A DNA stretch of 64,000 bases from a virus (IMGVR_UViG_3300032227_000318:1-64000); one strand, 5' to 3'; shown: positions 38,100-46,902, numbered from the stretch's first letter. A program made the numbers and translations. The notes: generated by a model from the sequence alone, not told the origin.

Positions 38100-38359
38100 T
38101 AAATTTCCTTAGGTATATGCCATCTTTTTTCCAGTGCGGCCTTATTGGCGCCTGGTGCTTTTTCTTTAACACGACCTAGTACATATTTAGAAAAATCAGA
38201 TGGAGGCTTAGTGACACCGATACCCATTGGATCAACAATGTTCATTACAAATGTCTGGTTAACCTTAGGATTATCCACAAGGAATTGTTTTAGTTCTTCA
38301 TAGGACATTTGAAGTTCAAACTCTTCGCCTGTCTCTTGGTCTTCGAAACTGTAAATCAT
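38099..38359 (-). CDS. Conserved hypothetical protein (FmdB-like N-terminus)
   Basis: Y.FED.ETGEEFE..MS..E...FL..NP. Confidence 0.65.
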   Translation of the reverse strand: MIYSFEDQETGEEFELQMSYEELKQFLVDNPKVNQTFVMNIVDPMGIGVTKPPSDFSKYVLGRVKEKAPGANKAALEKRWHIPKEI

Positions 38360-38379
38360 GCTACTATTTAGTATCCTTT

Positions 38380-38661
38380 CTAGCTGCCCATTCCACCAAT
38401 GGTACGGACAGTTCGTTCATAAATCTGCGACCAGTCTACACCATATGCAGGGCACACTTCTATATATTTCGGCAGATTGTTTTGATCCTTCTCACCAAGT
38501 TCACCACACACGAACCAAGTATCGGGTAGATGTTCTGCATAGATACGACGAATGATGACCTGCTGCCTCTCTAACAACATTTTCAGTTCATCAATCTCAT
38601 TCTGCTGTTCGCGGATGACTTCATTCAATGCAGCAATGATTTCGTCTTTATCAGGTGTCAT
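38380..38661 (-). CDS. Hypothetical protein
   Basis: ATGA-coupled ORF; FVCGELGEKD.NNLP..I.VCPAYG.D motif. Confidence 0.6.
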   Translation of the reverse strand: MTPDKDEIIAALNEVIREQQNEIDELKMLLERQQVIIRRIYAEHLPDTWFVCGELGEKDQNNLPKYIEVCPAYGVDWSQIYERTVRTIGGMGS

Positions 38662-39188
38662 ATCCATGCGGGCTTTTCGCGCTTCGTCCATTTGTGCATT
38701 CTTTCTTTTGAGATACGATAATAGTTACGATAGGATTCTACGTGATCGTTAGGCACTTTGTATTCATCAGGCATTGCAGGAGTTACCTGTGTCAAATAAC
38801 CAACAGGAATATTCAATGGCGGCTGCATAAGAGCAACTACCATATCTTCACACTTATGAATCTTACCATAGCGATAAGTATATTCGTGCAGTAATGAGAC
38901 GAAGTGGCAATAAAGCCAGTTGTAGTTGTTATTAGTCGCACGGCACCACACGGCTGACGGATGATTGATATGTGTGGCTGAATACAATACTTGCTCACGC
39001 TCGTCAGGCAAACGCCACCGCTTTACATTGCGACCAGTCTTGGTCTTGTCAATGTATTGTTCACCGTCAAGTAACCGATGAGCGGTGGACAGGAGTTGTG
39101 CTGTCTCCAAAATCATCTTCACTACATGCTTGTCCACCATCCACTCCGCTGCCTGAGCCGCATCGTTGCTGATTGCGAAAATATTCAT
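38658..39188 (-). CDS. Pyrimidine-dimer DNA glycosylase family (DenV-like)
   Basis: MNIF...DKHVVKMILETAQLLSTAH...THINHPS.VW...EYTYRYGK.H..AMPD. Confidence 0.8.
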   Translation of the reverse strand: MNIFAISNDAAQAAEWMVDKHVVKMILETAQLLSTAHRLLDGEQYIDKTKTGRNVKRWRLPDEREQVLYSATHINHPSAVWCRATNNNYNWLYCHFVSLLHEYTYRYGKIHKCEDMVVALMQPPLNIPVGYLTQVTPAMPDEYKVPNDHVESYRNYYRISKERMHKWTKREKPAWI

Positions 39189-39354
39189 TTATTTCTTCGC
39201 TCCACTTTTTATTACGTTTATCAAGTTCATCTGCAAGCTGGCGCAGTTGATATGAGGAAATTGCGCCATGCTGACTAGGCCAATAATAGCAGAAACCATC
39301 TTCTAATACAACAAATTCATTGCGGGCTTCTGCCATTTTAATAATGTCACTCAT
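39067..39354 (-). CDS. Hypothetical protein
   Basis: MSDIIKMAE start coupled to upstream stop; 3' end overlaps the next gene. Confidence 0.55.
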   Translation of the reverse strand: MSDIIKMAEARNEFVVLEDGFCYYWPSQHGAISSYQLRQLADELDKRNKKWSEEINEYFRNQQRCGSGSGVDGGQACSEDDFGDSTTPVHRSSVT

Positions 39355-39557
39355 GTGCGTGGTTCCTGCGGCAGGGGAAGACTGATGTAAGGGGGATACC
39401 AAGCAGTATCGTGGGGCTTTTGAATGGAAGGTCTAACTTCACCATTCGGCCACGCAGACAGCGCGGCGGCCAGCGCCCACTTCGGGTCTTCGCCGCGCAA
39501 AATCATCCACTTCAAAGAAGCCGCTACACCATCCGGTATCTGTTCAGGCTTGATCAC
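39351..39557 (-). CDS. Hypothetical protein
   Basis: ATGA-coupled; GC-rich. Confidence 0.6.
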   Translation of the reverse strand: MIKPEQIPDGVAASLKWMILRGEDPKWALAAALSAWPNGEVRPSIQKPHDTAWYPPYISLPLPQEPRT

Positions 39558-39916
39558 AGTCCTTCTCCCTCTTCACAATCAATAACCAACTTTACACAAG
39601 CAATGCGGTGCGGTGCATAAACTGAGTTCGCCTCATTTTTGCTTCCGTGAAGAATGGCGCACTGAGGATAAACATTAACCCACACCTCACGCTGGATGCG
39701 GGGCTTCACCTCAATGAGGTCAAGGTGATGCGCTATGGTATGGCCGTGGCTGCTCTCGCCGTTATATGATCCTGTCAGGGTCCACTCTTCCTGACGCCAT
39801 GTCCCATCATCCAGCTTTACTGCCCCGTGAACTGGAAAGCGTCCACCACCATCCACCGCATAGATGCGAACCTCGCAGCCATCGCGCGTCTTGTACTTCT
39901 TACCAAGCTCAATCAT
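39554..39916 (-). CDS. Hypothetical protein (KKYKTRDG.EVRIYA.D family)
   Basis: ATGA-coupled; GC-rich. Confidence 0.65.
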   Translation of the reverse strand: MIELGKKYKTRDGCEVRIYAVDGGGRFPVHGAVKLDDGTWRQEEWTLTGSYNGESSHGHTIAHHLDLIEVKPRIQREVWVNVYPQCAILHGSKNEANSVYAPHRIACVKLVIDCEEGEGL

Positions 39917-40311
39917 TGCTTGTCTCCTGAGAGTGCGGCGCGGGCGGCGCGAATATATTTCCGACGAATAAACAACTCTTCCGCAGCTACATCATTCTCT
40001 TCCTCACACCAATCAGCATCAGCCATTATTTCCTCAGCAAGATAATCGTCAAAAGGCCACAAGTATAAATGAGCAAACGGCTCCAGCGCCGCCCGCAGCT
40101 TCTCGTTCTCTGAGGTGAGGCTGGTGATTTCCGCCTCTAGCTTAAGCGTGTATTGAGCTTCAGCGCGAGTGAGCGCAAGAAGGCGATCCACCTCTGCGGT
40201 GAGGCGGGTGATGGTGTCGGCTGCTTCCCATTCAAGCGTTTTGGTATGAACCGCTTCCATTGTGGGACCGCGAAACACCTTACGCTGCAACCTCTCTACA
40301 ATGTCACTCAT
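39913..40311 (-). CDS. Hypothetical coiled-coil protein (MSDIVERL type)
   Basis: GGAGG RBS; EAADTI..L and RAALEPFA motifs typical of alphaproteobacterial phages. Confidence 0.65.
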   Translation of the reverse strand: MSDIVERLQRKVFRGPTMEAVHTKTLEWEAADTITRLTAEVDRLLALTRAEAQYTLKLEAEITSLTSENEKLRAALEPFAHLYLWPFDDYLAEEIMADADWCEEENDVAAEELFIRRKYIRAARAALSGDKQ

Positions 40312-40325
40312 CCTCCAACCTTTCA

Positions 40326-40541
40326 TTATTCCTCAATTGCATCAATACGAAAAAAGTCACCAGGCTCTACACTCAGAGTCCTGTCTAGATCCTTGCTGCC
40401 GTCTGCATTCCAAGACCGAACACGGATCTTTTTAACACCAGCAGGAACACGCCACGAAGCAGAGTTCTTGCCAGATGCATTAGCAACACCGATAAAAGGC
40501 AGAGCAGCAAGCCCTGCAAGTAACCAACGCTTATTCATCAT
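40326..40541 (-). CDS. Small exported protein with signal peptide
   Basis: MMNKRWLLAGLAALPFIGVANA signal (AxA site); about 49-aa mature beta domain. Confidence 0.65.
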   Translation of the reverse strand: MMNKRWLLAGLAALPFIGVANASGKNSASWRVPAGVKKIRVRSWNADGSKDLDRTLSVEPGDFFRIDAIEE

Positions 40542-40923
40542 CTTCAACCTTTCCAAAATCAACACGCTCAGAGTAGTAGCCGTTGGACTCACCCAACCAA
40601 CGCAGGGTTACGGAACCTTTGATGGTCGCAAACTTGTAGAATGTCCAAGTGTAGGAATCATTCTGATATTCTTCTTCCCAGCCATCTCGGGTTTCACCAG
40701 AAACGACTTCCGCTTGCAGCACGGGTGAGCCAACAAGATCATTGAGGTTGCCATCAATGTCCTCGATTCGCACATGCTCACAACAATTCTGTGAATGATA
40801 CATGATGTAGCGGTCACCATTGTCCATGGTGAAAAGCAATTCGTCATCACCGTTCTGTTGTAGATTGGTAATGGTGCGATGCATCAAAACAGAAACGTCA
40901 ACTTCAGGATAATAGCGATACAT
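40531..40923 (-). CDS. Conserved phage hypothetical protein
   Basis: YHSQNCCE.V.IEDIDG...TWTFY...T.KG.V.LRWLGESNGYYSE. Confidence 0.75.
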   Translation of the reverse strand: MYRYYPEVDVSVLMHRTITNLQQNGDDELLFTMDNGDRYIMYHSQNCCEHVRIEDIDGNLNDLVGSPVLQAEVVSGETRDGWEEEYQNDSYTWTFYKFATIKGSVTLRWLGESNGYYSERVDFGKVEDDE

Positions 40924-40932
40924 TTTTATTCC

Positions 40933-41469
40933 TTACTTGAGGAAGTTAGCAACATCAATACCGTCCATGCTGTCCCAGTCGGGATCAACAGAGTAGGTAC
41001 CACCAGCGTATTCACCAGCGTCTCGCATACCGAGTTCAGCCAGCAAGCGGTCGGCCTCAGCGTCAGCACGATCCTTGAGGACATTGCGAGCCGCCTTCTG
41101 GACAGGCGCGCCCGGCGTCTGCTTAGACTGCCGCACCTTGACAGGCTTAGATGCCTTCGGCTTTGCAACCTTAGCTGCCTTGACCACCTTGGGAGCTTTA
41201 GCCGCCTTTGGTGAAGCGGACGCCATTGCACGAACGTCAGCAGCATTGGCGGGTTCATCAGTCAAGGTGTAAGACACGACCGCACGGCCGTCCTTCTGAA
41301 CACTGAACTCAAAACCATGACGGTTCTTGAGGAACGAAATATACTTTGCAGCATAGTCGCCATAACCGACATGTGCATTAATCTCAGAAGGCGTGACCGC
41401 CTTACCAATCTCAAACAATTGGAGAGCAAGAAACTCACCACGAACTTCACGACCGGCAACCTTAGCCAT
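40933..41469 (-). CDS. Putative DNA-binding protein (winged-helix-like N-terminus, Lys/Ala linker, acidic tail)
   Basis: AGGAG RBS and own TTGACA-N17-TATCCT promoter; composition. Confidence 0.65.
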   Translation of the reverse strand: MAKVAGREVRGEFLALQLFEIGKAVTPSEINAHVGYGDYAAKYISFLKNRHGFEFSVQKDGRAVVSYTLTDEPANAADVRAMASASPKAAKAPKVVKAAKVAKPKASKPVKVRQSKQTPGAPVQKAARNVLKDRADAEADRLLAELGMRDAGEYAGGTYSVDPDWDSMDGIDVANFLK

Positions 41470-41530
41470 ATAAACTCCTATGTGTGTATTTGTTTAATGA
41501 TAGACAGGATAACAGGAACGATATCCTATG

Positions 41531-41722
41531 TCAAGCAACAAAAAGTTGCATCTCATCCATGCGGTGCAACTCATCCAGAATTGCTTCGACCGTTTCGCGG
41601 TCAGCAAGCGGTTCGTACATGTAGACATAAGCATAAATGCCGTCCACATCAGTGATGCCTTTTTCCATCGCGGTGTAGACCAGTTCCTCAACACCGATCA
41701 GAAAGTCCTTCATCTTAGCCAT
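41531..41722 (-). CDS. Small acidic early protein
   Basis: GGAGG RBS, coupled. Confidence 0.65.
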   Translation of the reverse strand: MAKMKDFLIGVEELVYTAMEKGITDVDGIYAYVYMYEPLADRETVEAILDELHRMDEMQLFVA

Positions 41723-42015
41723 TATGCATACCTCCGTCGAGTTACGTCAGTTTCGTGAAACGAGTGATTGGGTGCTTGCCCCTCAACCCAGCGAATGCCA
41801 GGCTTGCAGTGAACAAAGCCGCGCTGGTCGAGGTAAGAGTACCCGCGATATCGCTGGGCTGTAGTCAAAGCCTGTTCAAGCATGTCAATCAAACCCGTGC
41901 GCCGCGCGATGGCCTGAGGCGAATCGCCGTTCGGGAAGTCGGCTGCAAGATAGCCGTTGGCATACTCAATAAGCGCGTCAATCGGAACGGTCTTCTTTTC
42001 TTTTGCTTTAGCCAT
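41722..42015 (-). CDS. Hypothetical early protein
   Basis: GAGGAG RBS before MAKAKEK. Confidence 0.65.
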   Translation of the reverse strand: MAKAKEKKTVPIDALIEYANGYLAADFPNGDSPQAIARRTGLIDMLEQALTTAQRYRGYSYLDQRGFVHCKPGIRWVEGQAPNHSFHETDVTRRRYA

Positions 42016-42235
42016 TAGCGCGGAGCTCCTCTTTAGTGGACGAAGGAATAGCGGCTTCATACATTGCAGCCAGACGGATGCAGGAAGCCATGCGGATGAG
42101 ATTGCCAGACTTGGCGTGCTTTACTGCGGTAAGCAGGAAGTCGGCTGCGAGACGGACTTCCACATCTTTGTGCTTTTCAATCGACTCAGCAATCTTAACC
42201 TTGCGGGACATTGGAACCTTTCTTGTCACTGTCAT
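42008..42235 (-). CDS. Hypothetical early protein (leaderless ATG 42235 or internal MSRKVK start)
   Basis: First gene after a repeated promoter. Confidence 0.6.
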   Translation of the reverse strand: MTVTRKVPMSRKVKIAESIEKHKDVEVRLAADFLLTAVKHAKSGNLIRMASCIRLAAMYEAAIPSSTKEELRANG

Positions 42236-42297
42236 ATACTGGATATAGTGATTGCAAGTTGGTATTTCAAGCTTTATGGTACGCATATCTCGTATGC
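42236..42297 (-). promoter_or_regulatory. Repeated early promoter, copy 1
   Basis: TTGAAA-N17-TATATC with upstream GCATA-N5-TATGC. Confidence 0.8.
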
Positions 42298-42374
42298 ATC
42301 GGACGCATGGGTCCAATAAAGAAACGATACAACTTGCGGTAGACATTGCTGAACAGGGGGAGCGTCATCATCAT
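42267..42374 (-). CDS. Leaderless micropeptide MMMTLPLFSNVYRKLYRFFIGPMRPMHTRYAYHKA
   Basis: ATG at predicted +1; LYRFFIGP shared with 52051..52134 through synonymous codons. Confidence 0.7.
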   Translation of the reverse strand: MMMTLPLFSNVYRKLYRFFIGPMRPMHTRYAYHKA

Positions 42375-42435
42375 ACTATGGATATAGTGATGCGACCCTC
42401 GTTTTTCAAGAAAGGGTCGCGCATACCAGCTATGC
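42375..42435 (-). promoter_or_regulatory. Repeated early promoter, copy 2
   Basis: TTGAAA-N17-TATATC with upstream GCATA-N5-TATGC. Confidence 0.8.
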
Positions 42436-42442
42436 TCTAGGA

Positions 42443-42619
42443 TCAGGTCCGATACGCGATTCCCTTAGATTGTAATGTCGCCGCTTTTCGGCCTATATTG
42501 TAGGTTGAACCTTTGTCATTTCTGAAGGTCAACTCTTCCTTGCGAGGTTTGCGATATTCGGCAACAGTGATGCAACCACCACTTTCAAGATATGCCAGAA
42601 TCAGTAGATCCGTGTCCAT
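42443..42619 (-). CDS. Small hypothetical protein, 58 aa (MDTDLLILAYLESGGCITV...)
   Basis: Hand-translated; fills the gap. Confidence 0.55.
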   Translation of the reverse strand: MDTDLLILAYLESGGCITVAEYRKPRKEELTFRNDKGSTYNIGRKAATLQSKGIAYRT

Positions 42620-42644
42620 GCTAAGCCTTTGATTTTATTAAGAA

Positions 42645-42676
42645 TTTTAAAGAAGCGCCTGGAGAAAGCCAGGCGC
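42645..42676 (-). terminator. Probable intrinsic terminator
   Basis: GCGCCTGG-N6-CCAGGCGC then TTCTTT on the - strand. Confidence 0.6.
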
Positions 42677-42689
42677 GCGACCTCATCCG

Positions 42690-43319
42690 TTAGGCAGCCC
42701 TAGCTATCATCTCGCGGGCCTGCTCCAGGAGAGCGTCCTTGTTGACGGGCGCGATATCGACCCGCTGGCAGTTGCGCTGCCAGACCCACACCACGTCCTG
42801 ATAGACCTCAGCAACCTTACCAGAACGTAAGGGCTTCTTGACCTTAACGTCAGAGGTGGCGATAGCCACCTTGTATTCCTGAGAAGAGCGATAACCCATA
42901 CCGTAGGTTGCAAGCATCTGAACTACAACCGGACCGATAGTGCCCTTGCCGTTCTTGCCCTTGACAACCTTAGCGATACAACCCTTCTGGATTGCCCGCG
43001 CCTCGGATTCAGCATTGCCTACAAGGGTTTGGAAAGCATTCTCGACCTTCCAGTCATGATAGGCCTTCTTGACCTCATCGGTCGCGTCCACCGTGATCTG
43101 GACGGGTTTCCAGTCGGGTCCGTTCATATCGTATACGTTGACCAGCACCAGCTTGGCCCGCTTTTCCTGAGCGTCCCAAACGAGGGCGAAGTCCGCAGAT
43201 CCCCATACGTCGGACATGATCCGATAAGAGCGGTCATGTTCAACCTTGAGTACAGCACCCTCCCAGTTGTGGGCGGTGTCGTTAAAGCCGTTGTGCTGGG
43301 CAGACCAAGCGATAGCCAT
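42690..43319 (-). CDS. Hypothetical early protein
   Basis: AGGAG RBS; follows repeated promoter copy 3. Confidence 0.75.
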   Translation of the reverse strand: MAIAWSAQHNGFNDTAHNWEGAVLKVEHDRSYRIMSDVWGSADFALVWDAQEKRAKLVLVNVYDMNGPDWKPVQITVDATDEVKKAYHDWKVENAFQTLVGNAESEARAIQKGCIAKVVKGKNGKGTIGPVVVQMLATYGMGYRSSQEYKVAIATSDVKVKKPLRSGKVAEVYQDVVWVWQRNCQRVDIAPVNKDALLEQAREMIARAA

Positions 43320-43345
43320 TAGGTATTCTCCTGTTGTTGTCTCTT

Positions 43346-43406
43346 GACTAGGAGATAGTGATGGGTGATCTGAAATTCAATGTTTTCAAACGCATAGCAG
43401 GTATGC
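43346..43406 (-). promoter_or_regulatory. Repeated early promoter, copy 3
   Basis: TTGAAT-N17-TATCTC with upstream GCATA-N5-TATGC. Confidence 0.7.
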
Positions 43407-43433
43407 TCATGGAACATACCTGCTTACGCTACG

Positions 43434-43613
43434 TTATTTATAACTTCGGCTGTTACCGTAAAAGTCGTCTATCTCATCCGCTTCATCTAAATGTTCCACA
43501 TAAACTTTTGTCCAATTTCGAATTGGTCGGCGCTTAGTGCCGCTTCTCATGTCCACATATTCTTCATCATCAACATTCTCTTGAGTACCATAATGATTCT
43601 TTTTATACTTCAT
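43434..43613 (-). CDS. Small hypothetical protein, 59 aa (MKYKKNHYG...RRPIRNWTK)
   Basis: Hand-translated; directly follows the SprT-like gene. Confidence 0.6.
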   Translation of the reverse strand: MKYKKNHYGTQENVDDEEYVDMRSGTKRRPIRNWTKVYVEHLDEADEIDDFYGNSRSYK

Positions 43614-43614
43614 G

Positions 43615-44007
43615 TCAATAAACCTTTGCGAGATTTAGGCCTTTCTTGTTAAATGTGTCACGCCATTTTAGAAACGAGGAGCCGTGACCAACTTCTTCGT
43701 TATAGATATATTGATAGTGATGCACCATTTCATGTGCTAGGATTTCAACAAAGAATTGTTTGGATTTGTATCGCTTGTTCATGAGCAATCTGGACGTACC
43801 AGTTTTGGGATCAGTCTGGTCATAATCGTACCACGCATAAGCGCCTCGGCGCCAGCGTATATCAATGTCATTAATTTTAGGAAGAGCATTGTCAAAGAGT
43901 TCACGATTGAGGATATTGAACCATTTCTGGCAATCCTCAATCGTTGTTTCATATTCATGTGGGTCATGCGTTTCTAATAGCTTTGCTAATTTTGACTTCC
44001 TTGCCAT
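43615..44007 (-). CDS. SprT-like zinc metalloprotease
   Basis: LN..LF...LP, LAHEMVHHYQ, HG..F..W. Confidence 0.85.
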   Translation of the reverse strand: MARKSKLAKLLETHDPHEYETTIEDCQKWFNILNRELFDNALPKINDIDIRWRRGAYAWYDYDQTDPKTGTSRLLMNKRYKSKQFFVEILAHEMVHHYQYIYNEEVGHGSSFLKWRDTFNKKGLNLAKVY

Positions 44008-44050
44008 TTTTGTTCCCGAGAAAAAATGACATAGTATAGATCAATCAATA

Positions 44051-44476
44051 TTAAGGCAATAATCCAGGAAAAGCTTCTTGCACCAACTTGTAAGTCAGGC
44101 CCTTAACCTTTAGGTCTTTGAGTATCATATTCATGAACACATCAGCTTCAGCCGATTCAAGAGCTTCTAGAATCTGAATTAGAATTTCTTGACGCCTAAC
44201 ATCTGTTAGGTTCGGCGGCGCCTTTGTGCTGCCCTCAACGAATAGATATGCTCGACGCATTTCAACATCAATTGAAGAGTAGCCTAGGCCAGGTGGTGCA
44301 TCTGATCGACGGTATGATGGCTTAGACTTAACGGTAAATTTTACATCAGGATGTAATGCACCCTGTAATAAATCTAGAAGAGCAGGCCTATTGTTCTTGT
44401 GTAAGACAGCTATCTTAGCCGCTCTATCTGGTGCTCGTTCAAAGTCTCTAAAAATCTCGTACATATTCTGGTTCAT
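44051..44476 (-). CDS. Conserved T4-like hypothetical protein downstream of rnh
   Basis: RRAYLFV.G....NL...RRQEILIQILEAL...EA...K.LT..LV.EAFP. Confidence 0.75.
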   Translation of the reverse strand: MNQNMYEIFRDFERAPDRAAKIAVLHKNNRPALLDLLQGALHPDVKFTVKSKPSYRRSDAPPGLGYSSIDVEMRRAYLFVEGSTKAPPNLTDVRRQEILIQILEALESAEADVFMNMILKDLKVKGLTYKLVQEAFPGLLP

Positions 44477-45330
44477 TAAAATTCATCCAAACATTCAATT
44501 AGGTTTCTAAGTTTCTTGTCAATGAAGTAGTTCAACATCTTCTGCTTGTTACCAGCCTTTGTAGTCTCATATGATAATACAATAGCAGACTGGATGGTTT
44601 CAGGAATGAAGTCAAGATCGACCAGCATTTGGTTGCGCTTGTATCCACGAAGCATCACCTCAGTGATACAGAACTCTTCTGGAGACTTGTTGATCCATTC
44701 TTCAAGCTTCTTCTTATTTATTGTCTTTTGTCTTTCACCGAGAGCAAATGTATTATCGGGCGAAAGAAAATTAGGAATGCCGTCACCACGGTCGCCCTTG
44801 AGGATATGCTCTTTGACATACTGAGCAGGGTTATCCACTTCCACAAACTTCTTTAGGATTGGACTATACTGAATGACATTATCATATTTCTGAAGCTGCA
44901 CAAAGTCCTTATCAGAGGACAGAATTAGTACTTCACCACTAGATGCCAAACGAGGTGCCAATACGCCAATAACATCATCGGCCTCTGCGCCTTCAACGTC
45001 AATCACCTTGTATGGGAAGTTTTCTTTCAGTTCATCCCTGATCTTGTTCAGGGTTTCAAAAATGAGATGCCAGTCAAAATCGGACTTCTCACGATCCTTC
45101 TTACGATTGGACTTGTAGAATGCAAATACATCTCTACGCCAATACTTCTTAGAATCACAAGCAATGATGATTTCGCCGTACTTCGACTTGAATTGCCTAA
45201 TGTAGGAACGCAGACTGTTGAGAACCATATGACGAATAAGACTTTCGTCCAGCTTCTCTTTTGGATTCGAATTGATCTGCTGCATTAAGTTAGAGATTAG
45301 AACCTGATTAAGGTCTATCAAGATAGCCAT
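44476..45330 (-). CDS. rnh: RNase H / 5'-3' exonuclease
   Basis: ILIDLNQ, YWRR..F.FYK.NRKK, EADDVI, SSDKDF.QLQ, GDRGDGIPN. Confidence 0.95.
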   Translation of the reverse strand: MAILIDLNQVLISNLMQQINSNPKEKLDESLIRHMVLNSLRSYIRQFKSKYGEIIIACDSKKYWRRDVFAFYKSNRKKDREKSDFDWHLIFETLNKIRDELKENFPYKVIDVEGAEADDVIGVLAPRLASSGEVLILSSDKDFVQLQKYDNVIQYSPILKKFVEVDNPAQYVKEHILKGDRGDGIPNFLSPDNTFALGERQKTINKKKLEEWINKSPEEFCITEVMLRGYKRNQMLVDLDFIPETIQSAIVLSYETTKAGNKQKMLNYFIDKKLRNLIECLDEF

Positions 45331-45367
45331 TATATACTCTTTCTGTTACTACATCAGTATATAGTAT

Positions 45368-45769
45368 TTATTTTTCGGTGTCAACTTCTGAGTCACTTTC
45401 TGTAACGTCATTGATGATAATGTCTTCTGAAGCATCATCAACATCAAACGTCATATCACCAGTTTCACCCTTTTTGATTACTGTTACATTGCTATCAATG
45501 AAGTCATGTAGATGATGATTAATCGTTAGTGATCTGTAGATGGTCCCGCGAAGAGCTTCTATTGCAAACGAGAAGTCTTTCTCAAAATTTTTGCCTTCGT
45601 TGTCAACACCATAGTTATCTAGAGTGTTCATTATACCCTCAATCAGATCATCAATGATATCATCTGCATAATTTTGACGGCCCTTTTCTTTGGCCTTTTC
45701 CAATTCTTCAATCTGTGGAGGAATTTCTCTTATAATTTTATGTTCTGGAAACTTGAATACATTGGTCAT
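45368..45769 (-). CDS. Hypothetical protein
   Basis: MTNVFKFP start, ATGA-coupled. Confidence 0.7.
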   Translation of the reverse strand: MTNVFKFPEHKIIREIPPQIEELEKAKEKGRQNYADDIIDDLIEGIMNTLDNYGVDNEGKNFEKDFSFAIEALRGTIYRSLTINHHLHDFIDSNVTVIKKGETGDMTFDVDDASEDIIINDVTESDSEVDTEK

Positions 45770-46902
45770 TTGATAATCCTTACAAGCACTGTCTCATTAT
45801 TTATGCGGCCAGTGGCTTCTTTGGACTTACACTTGATTTCATCCATGAACTTTCGAAGAACAATCTTACCGCCGTCAAGCAACTTGTTCACTTGTTCAGT
45901 CGGCTTTCGCAGTTTCTTCACAATGGAGGTCTTTTCATCAAAGCCAATTACTGTGCTACCCTTGACGTTAAGCCCAGCAGGGCCCATAGCATTGTAAACA
46001 GCCAGAGTTCGATATTTGGAATTGAACACCCAAAGCTGATTGCATCCAATAATCTGCTTCGGATCAACTGAAGTGACATTGTACGTTTCATCCTTTTCTT
46101 TGAACTTGAGTTTGCCGACAACAACAGAGGCAGGCTTTTCCTTCTTCTTGCGAGGCTTTCGTGCAGCCTTGACGACCACAGCACGGGTCTCGGCCGCAGA
46201 AACAATAGACTTCACAAACTCTACATAAGCCTTCAGCTTCGGCTTTGAGTAACGAGAATATGCTTCACGCAACTCAGGCACTTTACCAGAGAGAGCATCA
46301 AAGAGTTCGGAGTAAAGCGGCTTGTAATAGTCTGCAATGCGCTGTGCAATAGCAGGCTTCACATCATGCTGCGAAAGCCAATCGCTAGCCTTGAACTGAG
46401 TTCCATCACGATAGTAGTTGTCAAGCTGGACTTCAAGGTCAGCAATCAGGTCATTAGCCCGATTGGCTACGCGCTCTTGAATGGAGATTACTTGCTTGAC
46501 TTCTTCTTTCTTGGTGCTGACTTCTTCTTCGGTGCTGGCGACACTGGCGACACTGGCGCTGGATCCAGCGGCAAGGGCGCGGATACGTTCGAGGTTTCGC
46601 TGTTCGATTTTGCTTGGGAGATTACCGCCCAGAAGTAGTATACGGCAATTCCAACCGCTAGTGCGGCAAGAATGAGGATTAATTCGATTGGCATTCTTGA
46701 TTAGTTCCTTTTCTGTCTTGTGAAATTCCTTCAAGTATTCAATGATCCAGTCCTTAGCCTGATCCGAATCATAGAAATAGTTATACCAGTTGTAGGCCTG
46801 AATGACCTGAGCATCTGTAACGTCACCGCGAAGGTCGGGTTCAGCGCCAAGATATTTCTCATCCGCAAACTTACCGCGAATTGCCTTTTGCTTCTTTGCC
46901 AT
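45766..46902 (-). CDS. Conserved T4-like hypothetical protein
   Basis: YNWYNY, SIQER, LREAYS, LWVFN.KYR.L, KKLRKP, GRINNETVL. Confidence 0.8.
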   Translation of the reverse strand: MAKKQKAIRGKFADEKYLGAEPDLRGDVTDAQVIQAYNWYNYFYDSDQAKDWIIEYLKEFHKTEKELIKNANRINPHSCRTSGWNCRILLLGGNLPSKIEQRNLERIRALAAGSSASVASVASTEEEVSTKKEEVKQVISIQERVANRANDLIADLEVQLDNYYRDGTQFKASDWLSQHDVKPAIAQRIADYYKPLYSELFDALSGKVPELREAYSRYSKPKLKAYVEFVKSIVSAAETRAVVVKAARKPRKKKEKPASVVVGKLKFKEKDETYNVTSVDPKQIIGCNQLWVFNSKYRTLAVYNAMGPAGLNVKGSTVIGFDEKTSIVKKLRKPTEQVNKLLDGGKIVLRKFMDEIKCKSKEATGRINNETVLVRIIK

